DNA of 44,407 nt from Bacteroidales bacterium. GTDB lineage: Bacteria > Bacteroidota > Bacteroidia > Bacteroidales > VadinHA17. Position numbers and translations under genes: made by a program. Below are positions 33,265 through 41,493 of this stretch, in pieces. Positions within the stretch are counted from its first letter, which is position 1, and every line of letters starts with the position of its first letter. The stretch is from positions 1-44,407 of the forward strand of contig WFSC01000373.1 of NCBI GenBank assembly GCA_015486185.1, given 5' to 3'. The notes under the pieces were generated by a model, which worked only from the letters and a program-made list of their open reading frames with translations, did no database searches and was not told the DNA's origin.

Positions 33265-35697
33265 ATGTCCATGCTGAAAACATTGATATCAATGTTTCTC
33301 ATCCTCTGGTCTTGTCTGTTGCAGGGACAAGGTATCAGGATCAAGGGAAAGGTCACGGATGCTTCCACCCACAAACCGCTGGCTTTTGTCAATATCATCA
33401 CTCCGGACGGGAAATACGGCACTACCACTGATATCGAGGGAAAATTTTCACTAACCCTCACTAAAAAAGTCTGCTGTTTGCGGGTTTCCTATGTGGGTTA
33501 CGAGTCCGCCATCTACCCGGTTGATTACAACACAAAAGACCAGAACATAACCCTTCATCCAGAAACTGTTAATATTGGGGAAGTAAAAGTTTTTCCCGGC
33601 ATAAACCCGGCCTATCGTATCATACATCTGGCTATAGCCAACCGTGAAAAGAACGATCCGGAAAAACTGAAAAAATTCAGTTATACATCTTATGACAAAA
33701 TGATCTTTACGATAGATGCCGACTCGCTGATGACCATGGACACCGCCCTGCTCGATTCTTCCGAGCGAAAATTCAGAAGATTTCTGGAAAAACAGGATCT
33801 GTTCATGATGGAAACGGTTACCAGGCGTCTGTATATCAGACCGTCCCTGAACCAGGAGAAAGTGCTGGCAACAAAAGTGTCCGGATTCAGGGATCCGGTG
33901 GTTATATTCATGATATCCCGTTTACAATCCACCTCTTTTTACAGGAATAAGATCAACATCCTGACCAAAAGCTATATCAACCCCATCAGCGCCGGCAGCA
34001 TAAAAAAATACCTTTTTCTTCTCGAAGATACGATAATACGGAGCCCGGGAGATACCACCTATATCATCTCCTACCGGCCCCGTCGCAATACAAAATTTGA
34101 CGGATTGAAAGGCTTTCTCTCTATCAACAGCAGGGGCTGGGCCATACAAAATGTAAAGGCCGGACCCGCCAAAGACACCTCAGGCATACTGGTAAACATA
34201 CAACAGGCCTACACCCGGATCGACAGTACATGGTTTCCCGTTCAACTGAATACGGACATCATTTTCAGGAATGCCAATTTTGAGTACAAGGGAAAAACAT
34301 ATAATCTGGTAGCCCATGGAATCAGTTTTCTCAGGGATATAAACCTTCATCCCGATATCAAAAAACGGGATATCGGCCTGCAGGAGGTCGAGATCGAGCC
34401 GGATGCCGTTCACAAAAAAAACGATTTCTGGCAAACATACCGGGAAACGCCACTGACAGATAAGGAAAAGGAAACTTACCGGATCATTGATTCTCTAGGT
34501 AAAGCAGAAAATTTCGACAGATATGCAAATATTATCCAGACACTTATGACCGGCTCCATTCCGGCTGGTCCGCTGGATCTTGAGATGGACCAGTTCCTGC
34601 GTTACAATGATTACGAGGGGATCTATCTGGGACTGGGACTGCATACCAACCGGCGTTTTTCGAAAGTAATTACACTCGGAGGCTTTTACGGATATGGCTT
34701 CAGGGATAAAAAGTCCAAATACGGGGCTGATCTTTTGCTCAATATTCACAAACCTTCCGAATCGGTCCTGCGTTTTGATTATTATTATAAGGCATTGCCG
34801 GGCGGAGGGATCTCTTTCCCTGAAGACAGCCATGACCAGTTGAATGTCAATAATTACAGTCAGTTCTTTACCAAAAGGATGAACATGACGGAGGGTATGG
34901 AGGCACATTACAGTTTCCGTACAAAACTTCTCAGGGACTTCAGATGGCATTTCGGCCTGGTCAGACAATCCAAAACAGCTTTCGGGAACTATATGTATGC
35001 ACCTTTCAGTACTACAGACACCACCCAGACATACGGGTTGACCCTGGCGACAGCCGGCTTCCGCTTTGCCTTCCGTGAAAAGGCCCTCGAAACCACAAAA
35101 GGGCCGGTATCCCTCGGATCTGATTATCCTGTAATCGATTTTAAATTTTCACATGGATTCGGGAATCTCCTCCATGGCGACTTCTCCCTTAACCGCTTCG
35201 ATATTCGTATTTCCGATGTGATCAAAACCAACTACTACGGAGATATGATCTGGTCGGTACATGGGGGAATAGTTAACGGAAATACGCCGGCAACCGAACT
35301 GTTTGCAGCTAACGGCACCTATCGCCCTTTTGTGTTATATACCCCCGGGGCATTCGGCACTATGCGTACCAATGAATTCCTCTCCGACCGGTACACTTCT
35401 GTTTTCCTTACATGGGATTTCAGGGACCTGCTTATTCAGATAAAAAAATGGAAACCCCGTTTGTTACTGGTGACCAACTTTACTATTGGAAATCTTTCCC
35501 ACCCTGAATATCATATCAATTACAACTTCAAAACCTTAACCAAAGGCTATTATGAATCGGGTATTATGATACGAAAATTATTAAGTCTTCAGTTCACCGA
35601 CCTGGGACTGGGGGTCATGTACCGTTACGGACCGTATCACCTTCCTGCAACAAAAGATAATTTTGCATACAAATTCAGTATTTATTATTCTTTTTAG
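33265..35697 (+). CDS. Carboxypeptidase-regulatory-like domain plus DUF5686-type outer-membrane beta-barrel protein
   Basis: The ORF track starts at 33193. ATG 33265 gives the signal MSMLKTLISMFLILWSCLLQGQ. It has 'IRIKGKVTDASTHKPLAFVNIITPDGKYGTTTDIEGKFSL' (CarboxypepD_reg) and a long beta-rich C-terminus ending in aromatic ...FSIYYSF. Confidence 0.8.
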   Translation: MSMLKTLISMFLILWSCLLQGQGIRIKGKVTDASTHKPLAFVNIITPDGKYGTTTDIEGKFSLTLTKKVCCLRVSYVGYESAIYPVDYNTKDQNITLHPETVNIGEVKVFPGINPAYRIIHLAIANREKNDPEKLKKFSYTSYDKMIFTIDADSLMTMDTALLDSSERKFRRFLEKQDLFMMETVTRRLYIRPSLNQEKVLATKVSGFRDPVVIFMISRLQSTSFYRNKINILTKSYINPISAGSIKKYLFLLEDTIIRSPGDTTYIISYRPRRNTKFDGLKGFLSINSRGWAIQNVKAGPAKDTSGILVNIQQAYTRIDSTWFPVQLNTDIIFRNANFEYKGKTYNLVAHGISFLRDINLHPDIKKRDIGLQEVEIEPDAVHKKNDFWQTYRETPLTDKEKETYRIIDSLGKAENFDRYANIIQTLMTGSIPAGPLDLEMDQFLRYNDYEGIYLGLGLHTNRRFSKVITLGGFYGYGFRDKKSKYGADLLLNIHKPSESVLRFDYYYKALPGGGISFPEDSHDQLNVNNYSQFFTKRMNMTEGMEAHYSFRTKLLRDFRWHFGLVRQSKTAFGNYMYAPFSTTDTTQTYGLTLATAGFRFAFREKALETTKGPVSLGSDYPVIDFKFSHGFGNLLHGDFSLNRFDIRISDVIKTNYYGDMIWSVHGGIVNGNTPATELFAANGTYRPFVLYTPGAFGTMRTNEFLSDRYTSVFLTWDFRDLLIQIKKWKPRLLLVTNFTIGNLSHPEYHINYNFKTLTKGYYESGIMIRKLLSLQFTDLGLGVMYRYGPYHLPATKDNFAYKFSIYYSF

Positions 35698-35782
35698 AAA
35701 TTTAATCTGAAATTCAACGTTATATAATTTATTTTGGAATGATTTTTGGGGTTTAATAAAGTTTTATTAATGTGATTTTAAT

Positions 35783-37372
35783 ATGAATGCAAAAAAGAAA
35801 AAGTCCCGGAACCTAAAGATCTTCAGTGGGTTATTTGCCGTTTTGATCATTGTTCTGACTATCAGTTATTGTACAAGGGAAACGACCACCCCAATGAATG
35901 AGAAAAGCCTTATCCCCCTTCCGGTCAATATAAACCCGGCAGATGGTTCTTTCAGACTTAAAAAAAGGAGTGTCATTTATGTTTCGAATGGTTCGGACAA
36001 AGCTTTTGAAGTTGGCGATTATCTCTCCGGTATTCTTCATCCGGCTACCGGTTTTAAGCTTCCGGTCAAGGCAACCAACAAACTGTCAGCCAAAGGCGAT
36101 ATACTGCTTCTCCTTACGCACCGCAGCCTGAATCTCGGAGATGAAGGATATGAATTGAAGGTAACAAAAAGGATGATCACCATAACGGCCAATGAGCCCG
36201 CAGGATTATTCCACGGTGTACAGACCCTTCGGCAACTATTCCCGGATGCCATTGAGAAAACTACCAAACAACCTGGTCCCTGGCTTGTTCCGGCAGGAAC
36301 CATCCAGGATCAGCCGGCTTATTCTTACCGTGGTGCCATGCTGGATGTTGCCCGTCATTTTTTTACGCCTGCGGATGTAAAGGCTTTTATTGATATGCTG
36401 GCTTTCTTTAAACTTAATGTCTTGCATCTGCATCTTTCCGATGACCAGGGCTGGCGTATAGAGATCAAATCATGGCCTAACCTGACAACCTACGGTGGCA
36501 GCACCGAAGTGGGAGGAGGAAAAGGAGGATATTATACGCAGGAAGAATACAAAGATCTGGTAAAATATGCACAGGAAAGGTTCATCACCATTGTTCCGGA
36601 AATTGATATGCCCGGACACACCAATGCTGCCCTGGCTTCTTACGGGATCCTCAATTGCAACGGCAAAGCCCGTAAATTATATACAGGCACGGATGTTGGC
36701 TTCAGCACCTTATGCACATCAAAAGACACGGTTTACAAATTTATTGACGATGTTGTCCATGAGATAGCAGCCATGAGCCCCGGTCCATGGTTCCATATCG
36801 GTGGAGATGAATCTCATGCCACCCCCATGGAAGATTATATTCCCTTTGTTAACCGTGTTCAGGATATAATTCGCTGGAACGGTAAAAAGGTAATCGGATG
36901 GGATGAGATAGCCAATGCCGAACTGCAGCCCAATACCACCATACAATTTTGGGCCAATGCGGAAAATACGCAGAAAGGCGTAAAACAGGGAGCCAAAGTC
37001 ATTATGTCACCGGCGAATAAGGTCTATCTGGATATGAAATACGACTCAACCACTACCCTGGGACTTCACTGGGCCGGTTACGTGGAAGTGGACAGTGCCT
37101 ATATCTGGGATCCTGCCACCCTCGTCCCCGGTGTCAGCAAAGCAAATATCCTGGGTATCGAATCTCCGTTATGGACCGAGACCATTACCAATATGAAAGA
37201 TCTGGAATACATGGTATTCCCTCGACTGGCAGGACATGCTGAGATCGGATGGACCCCCGTATCCGAAAGGAAATGGGATGATTACAAGGTACGGCTTGGA
37301 AATTTTGCCGGCCGTTTTGAAGCCATGGGAATCAATTTCTACAGGTCTCCAACAGTCCCCTGGAAGGAATAG
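35783..37372 (+). CDS. GH20 beta-N-acetylhexosaminidase
   Basis: 529 aa. Diagnostic motifs are 'YRGAMLDVARHFF', 'LNVLHLHLSDDQGWRIEIKSWP', 'IVPEIDMPGHTNAA' and 'FHIGGDE'. Confidence 0.9.
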   Translation: MNAKKKKSRNLKIFSGLFAVLIIVLTISYCTRETTTPMNEKSLIPLPVNINPADGSFRLKKRSVIYVSNGSDKAFEVGDYLSGILHPATGFKLPVKATNKLSAKGDILLLLTHRSLNLGDEGYELKVTKRMITITANEPAGLFHGVQTLRQLFPDAIEKTTKQPGPWLVPAGTIQDQPAYSYRGAMLDVARHFFTPADVKAFIDMLAFFKLNVLHLHLSDDQGWRIEIKSWPNLTTYGGSTEVGGGKGGYYTQEEYKDLVKYAQERFITIVPEIDMPGHTNAALASYGILNCNGKARKLYTGTDVGFSTLCTSKDTVYKFIDDVVHEIAAMSPGPWFHIGGDESHATPMEDYIPFVNRVQDIIRWNGKKVIGWDEIANAELQPNTTIQFWANAENTQKGVKQGAKVIMSPANKVYLDMKYDSTTTLGLHWAGYVEVDSAYIWDPATLVPGVSKANILGIESPLWTETITNMKDLEYMVFPRLAGHAEIGWTPVSERKWDDYKVRLGNFAGRFEAMGINFYRSPTVPWKE

Positions 37373-37414
37373 GAACGGTGAACGGTGAATGGTGAATGTT
37401 GATCGGTGAACAGA
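37373..37414. repeat. Six tandem units of a 7-nt repeat (GAAYGGT-like) immediately after the GH20 stop codon
   Basis: GAACGGT GAACGGT GAATGGT GAATGTT GATCGGT GAACAGA, counted directly from 37373. Confidence 0.9.
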
Positions 37415-37720
37415 ATTAGCCATTCGCTACGCTCATGGCAAAATTAGTATGCTATGCATGTGAAATTAGTGGGCTTTGCCCACGAAATTAGCAGCCTTCG
37501 GCTGCGAAATTAAGTAGTAATTAAGTAGTAATAATTACGTTCCGAACGAAGTGAGGAACAAATTACGCGAGCGACAGCGAGCTAATTACGCAGCGTAGCT
37601 GCAAATTTCGGGAGCGTAGCAACCAAATGACGCGACCGCAGGGAGCTAATTACCGGGAGCGTAGCGACCAAATGACGCGGCGTTAGCCGCTAATTTCGCG
37701 ACCGCAGGGAGCAAATTCCT
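37413..37720. repeat. Array of about 14 degenerate ~22-nt units: an A/T-rich core (AAATTAG / AAATTACG / AAATGACG / AATTTCG) plus a 12-16-nt GC-rich segment that is often a mini-hairpin
   Basis: Example units are GAAATTAG-TGGGCTTTGCCCA, GAAATTAG-CAGCCTTCGGCTG, AATTACG-CAGCGTAGCTG and AAATGACG-CGGCGTTAGCCG. Higher-order repeats are CGGGAGCGTAGC[A/G]ACCAAATGACGCG at 37609-37634 and 37654-37679, and CGCGACCGCAGGGAGC at 37631-37646 and 37697-37712. Confidence 0.85.
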
Positions 37721-37761
37721 CCTAAAATTGTATCTTTACATCTTTACCTAAAAGTAAGATT

Positions 37762-39570
37762 ATGGGCATGACAATCATTGAAAAGATCCTTGCATCCCAT
37801 GCCGGGAGAAAAACCGTACGTCCGGGAGAGATACTGGATGTCTTTATTGATGTGCGGGTAGCACGTGACTTTGGCGGGGCCAATGTGGTAAAGAACATGG
37901 AAGATAACGGGCTTACCCTGGCGGATCCGTCGCGTACCTTTTTTACATTTGATACCAATCCAACCGGATCGGACCAGAAATATGCCACCAACCAGCAAAT
38001 ATGCCGTATCTATGCCCGCAAACACGGGATCAGGGTCTATGATATCAATGCCGGGATCGGGACACATCTGCTCATGCAGGAGGGACTTGTCCTTCCCGGA
38101 ATGACGGCTGTCTCTACCGACTCACATGCCAACATCCTGGGTGCCGTGGGAGCTTTCGGCCAGGGCATGGGGGACAAAGATATCGCCGCTGCCTGGTCCA
38201 AAGGAACCGTCTGGTTCAAGGTACCTCCTTCCGTACAGCTTAACCTCAACGGGAAAATACCGCCCGGCATAACCGCTAAAGAAATAGTATTAAACCTTCT
38301 GGCCCGGTTCGGAGCCAATAAATTGCTTGGTTATTCCATCGAAATGTACGGAGAAGTGACTGACCATCTTCATCTGAACGACCGTATCACCATCGCCTCC
38401 ATGGCTACCGAAATGGGCGCTATCACTATTCTTTTTCCACCAAACAGAGAGGTACTCACCTATTGCGAACAGCAGTCCGGCAAAAAGATCGAACCCGTTT
38501 ATGCCGATCCGGATGCCCAATATGAAAGGACTATCGACCTGGATGTTTCTTCTTTTGTCACCCGTGTTTCACGACCGGGCAAGCCCCATGATACCGTTCC
38601 TATCGACCAGGTAAAAAAGATCAAGATCGATTCTGCTTTTGTGGGCAGTTGTACCAACGGGAGTATTGAGGATATGCGTGTAGTGGCCAATATTCTGAAA
38701 GGACGAAAAGTTGCACCGGGGGTGGTACTTAAGATCGTTCCCACTACTGACAAGGTATGGATTCAGTGTCTGATGGAAGGTTTACTGAAGATATTTAAGG
38801 ATGCCGGAGCCCTGGTATCAAATGCCGGATGTGCCGGATGTGCAGCCGGTCAGGTTGGCCAGAACGGTCCCGGAGAAGTGACGATCAGCACCGGAAACCG
38901 TAATTTCCCCGGAAAACAGGGAAAAGGTGAAGTTTATCTGGCCTCTCCGGCCGTTGTGGCTGCCTCAGCGGTGGCAGGATATATCACTACCCCGGATAAC
39001 ATCCCCGATAAACCTGCAGTCTTCGATATCCGTGAAAAAGAAGAACGTATCCGCAAAGCTTCCCAAAAACAAAAAAGCCATAATCTGCCCGTGGTACTGG
39101 AAGGACGCGTATGGATCATAGACAGGGATAATATCGATACAGACATGATCTTCCATAACCGGTACCTGACCGTTACAGATATCAGGGAGATGGGACAATA
39201 TGCTTTTGATAACCTGGAAGGTTATGAACATTTTGCCAAAGAGGCAAAACCGGGAGATATCATTATTACCGGAAAAAATTTCGGCGCAGGCAGCTCACGG
39301 CAACAAGCCGTAGATTGCTTCAGGTCATTGGGCATACAGGCCATTCTGGCCAGATCTTTTGGCGCTATCTACGAACGAAACGCTATCAATGCAGCCTTTC
39401 CCGTCCTCACATACAAGGATCTGAAAGAAGCAGACATCCGGCAGGGTGACATCATCCGCATCAATCTGCAAAACGGCGAGATAGAGAATCTGAAAAACGG
39501 GAAAAAAGCCAAAACAGAACCTTTCTCGGAGATACAGATGGAAATATATCAAAACGGAGGATTGTTTTGA
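37762..39570 (+). CDS. Aconitase-family dehydratase with fused large (LeuC/HacA-like) and small (LeuD/HacB-like) subunits, paralog 1
   Basis: 602 aa. The large domain has 'STDSHANILGA', Fe-S Cys motifs 'VGSCTNGSIEDM' and 'NAGCAGCAAGQ', and 'GNRNFPGKQG'. After a linker (about aa 430-450) comes the swivel domain 'GRVWIIDRDNIDTDMI...GDIIITGKNFGAGSSRQQA'. Confidence 0.85.
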   Translation: MGMTIIEKILASHAGRKTVRPGEILDVFIDVRVARDFGGANVVKNMEDNGLTLADPSRTFFTFDTNPTGSDQKYATNQQICRIYARKHGIRVYDINAGIGTHLLMQEGLVLPGMTAVSTDSHANILGAVGAFGQGMGDKDIAAAWSKGTVWFKVPPSVQLNLNGKIPPGITAKEIVLNLLARFGANKLLGYSIEMYGEVTDHLHLNDRITIASMATEMGAITILFPPNREVLTYCEQQSGKKIEPVYADPDAQYERTIDLDVSSFVTRVSRPGKPHDTVPIDQVKKIKIDSAFVGSCTNGSIEDMRVVANILKGRKVAPGVVLKIVPTTDKVWIQCLMEGLLKIFKDAGALVSNAGCAGCAAGQVGQNGPGEVTISTGNRNFPGKQGKGEVYLASPAVVAASAVAGYITTPDNIPDKPAVFDIREKEERIRKASQKQKSHNLPVVLEGRVWIIDRDNIDTDMIFHNRYLTVTDIREMGQYAFDNLEGYEHFAKEAKPGDIIITGKNFGAGSSRQQAVDCFRSLGIQAILARSFGAIYERNAINAAFPVLTYKDLKEADIRQGDIIRINLQNGEIENLKNGKKAKTEPFSEIQMEIYQNGGLF

Positions 39571-39630
39571 AGGTTGATCGTTGAACGAACCAAACCACTG
39601 AATGACCACTGAATGTGTAATATAAAAACT

Positions 39631-39678
39631 ACCTATTTAAATACCTATTTAAATACGTATTTAAATAGGTATTTAAAC
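39631..39678. promoter_or_regulatory. Four tandem 12-nt units, each centred on the 10-bp palindrome TATTTAAATA (operator-like array)
   Basis: The units are ACCTATTTAAAT, ACCTATTTAAAT, ACGTATTTAAAT and AGGTATTTAAAC. Nt 39643-39670 (ACCTATTTAAATACGTATTTAAATAGGT) is a perfect 28-nt palindrome, verified by hand. The array lies 34 nt upstream of ATG 39712. Confidence 0.85.
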
Positions 39679-39711
39679 CCAAATACAACTTAACACGTAA
39701 CTTTAACAACT

Positions 39712-41493
39712 ATGTCAGCCAAAACATTTGCAGAGAAGGTCCTCGGAGGGGTGGCGGGAAGTATTGTTTTCCGTCAGCCGGATATCGTATTATCACATGA
39801 CAACACTTCCAGCATATACAAGACCTTTCGGAAAATGAATGGGGAGAAGATCGTTATTCCCGATCGTCTCCTTGTCGTACTGGACCACAATGCACCTCCC
39901 ACCAGTGCCGCTCTGGCTACCCAGTACCAGTTTATCCGTGATATGGTCAAAGACCAGGGTATTAAAATGTTCTATGATGCAGGCAAGGGCATCTGTCACC
40001 AGATCATGTCCTACCATGCCCGGCCGGGGATGATCATTGTGGGCAGTGACAGTCATACCTGTACTGCCGGTGCTTTTAATGCGTTGGCTGCCGGCATCGA
40101 CCGCACCGAAACAGCCGGTATCTGGAAAAGAGGCGAGACCTGGTTTCGTGTACCCGGGTCTATTAAGATCACACTTTATGGTAAACTGCCGGAAGGGGTC
40201 TTTGCCAAGGATCTTTCCCTATGGATCATAGGAATGATCGGTTCGGCCGGAGCCAACTATATGTCAATCGAGTACCATGGACCGGGGGTAAAAACCCTGA
40301 GTATCTCCGAACGCATGACCCTGGCGAACCTGGCCTCTGAGATGGGTGCTAAAAATGCGGTTTTCCCACCGGATGAGATCCTGGCCTCCTTTTACGGAGA
40401 GAAAGAAATCAGAGGCATATGGGCTGACGAAGGAGCACATTATGTACGGGAGCTGGAGATACGTCTTGATGAGCTTTATCCGCTGGTAGCTGCACCGCAC
40501 CAGGTGGATAATGTGCATGCCCTGGCCGAAGTAGCAGGGACCCCGCTCAATGAAGGACTCATAGGAACCTGTACCAACGGTCGTCTGGATGATCTTCAAC
40601 TGGCTGCCCGTTACATCGACGGCAAGAAAGTAAAAGAAGGTTTCCAGTTGCTGGTAGCTCCTGCCTCGCGCAAAATATACCTTGAAGCCATGAAAGACGG
40701 AACCATAGAAACGCTGGTGGAAGCCGGAGCGAACATTCTTTCGCCTTCCTGCGGACCTTGTCTGGGCACGGGACAGGGCATCCCGGCCGACGGCTATAAC
40801 GTAATATCTACCGCCAACCGTAATTTCCTCGGGCGAATGGGCAACAAAAACGCTTCCATTTATCTGGCCTCACCGGCCGCAGTAGCCGTCTCCGCTGTTG
40901 CCGGGGTCATTACAGATCCACGGCCACACCCCGGCCATGAGACATTTCCTTATCGTCACGAGCCATCTCCCACGCTTACTATTCCGGAGGGAGAAAACCG
41001 TCGCATGAACGGGGTATGGAACTATAAAGAGGTAAATGACCTGAACACCGACCAGATGTTTGCCGGGAATCTGACTTATAATGTGCTCAGTTCAGATCCA
41101 CAGGCTATCCTTCCCCACCTGTTTGCCGGCTTCGACCCTGGCTTTTCCAAAAATGTTAAACCGGGCGATATCATCATAGCAGGAGAGAATTTCGGTTGTG
41201 GCAGTTCAAGGGAGCACCCTTCCGTGGGACTAGCCTATGCAGGAGTTCAGGCTGTTATTGTCAAGTCCGTGAATCGCATATTCTTTCGTTCGGCTGTAAA
41301 CCAGGGGCTGGTGCTGATCGTTCAGCCCGATGCTGTGGAAGCTTATCAACCCGGAGATAAGGTCTCCGTTCAGTTGGACAACGGGACCCTCCTTATCGGC
41401 AGTAAAACATTCTCTTTTGCTCCCCTGCCGGATAAGCTGATGGAGATCATTCACAAAAAAGGACTGGTAAACTGGATGAAAAAGGAAGAATGA
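39712..41493 (+). CDS. Aconitase-family dehydratase with fused large and small subunits, paralog 2
   Basis: 593 aa. Motifs are 'DIVLSHDNTS', 'GSDSHTCTAGA', 'IGTCTNGRLDDL', 'SPSCGPCLGTGQG' and 'ANRNFLGRMG'. The C-terminal swivel domain is 'GVWNYKEVNDLNTDQM...GDIIIAGENFGCGSSREHP'. Confidence 0.85.
   Translation: MSAKTFAEKVLGGVAGSIVFRQPDIVLSHDNTSSIYKTFRKMNGEKIVIPDRLLVVLDHNAPPTSAALATQYQFIRDMVKDQGIKMFYDAGKGICHQIMSYHARPGMIIVGSDSHTCTAGAFNALAAGIDRTETAGIWKRGETWFRVPGSIKITLYGKLPEGVFAKDLSLWIIGMIGSAGANYMSIEYHGPGVKTLSISERMTLANLASEMGAKNAVFPPDEILASFYGEKEIRGIWADEGAHYVRELEIRLDELYPLVAAPHQVDNVHALAEVAGTPLNEGLIGTCTNGRLDDLQLAARYIDGKKVKEGFQLLVAPASRKIYLEAMKDGTIETLVEAGANILSPSCGPCLGTGQGIPADGYNVISTANRNFLGRMGNKNASIYLASPAAVAVSAVAGVITDPRPHPGHETFPYRHEPSPTLTIPEGENRRMNGVWNYKEVNDLNTDQMFAGNLTYNVLSSDPQAILPHLFAGFDPGFSKNVKPGDIIIAGENFGCGSSREHPSVGLAYAGVQAVIVKSVNRIFFRSAVNQGLVLIVQPDAVEAYQPGDKVSVQLDNGTLLIGSKTFSFAPLPDKLMEIIHKKGLVNWMKKEE

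Noticed and set aside
37435-37491. 18-codon ORF (MAKLVCYACEISGLCPRN) as a leucine-attenuation leader peptide upstream of the LeuC-like gene
   Set aside because: It contains only two Leu codons with no run of regulatory codons. Because the repeat period is not a multiple of 3, such short ORFs arise by chance.
37575-37605. tmRNA-like tag sequence (AAT TAC GCA GCG TAG = N-Y-A-A-stop) inside the array
   Set aside because: There is no tRNA-like acceptor/T-arm (no GGGG... 5' end or ...TTCGA...CCACCA 3' end) nearby. The motif is simply one of many AATTACG-containing repeat units.
37413-37720. Possible CRISPR array
   Set aside because: The units are only ~22 nt in total. There is no constant repeat of 24 nt or more alternating with unique ~30-nt spacers. 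The 'repeat' core is just 7-8 nt, and no cas genes are in the window.
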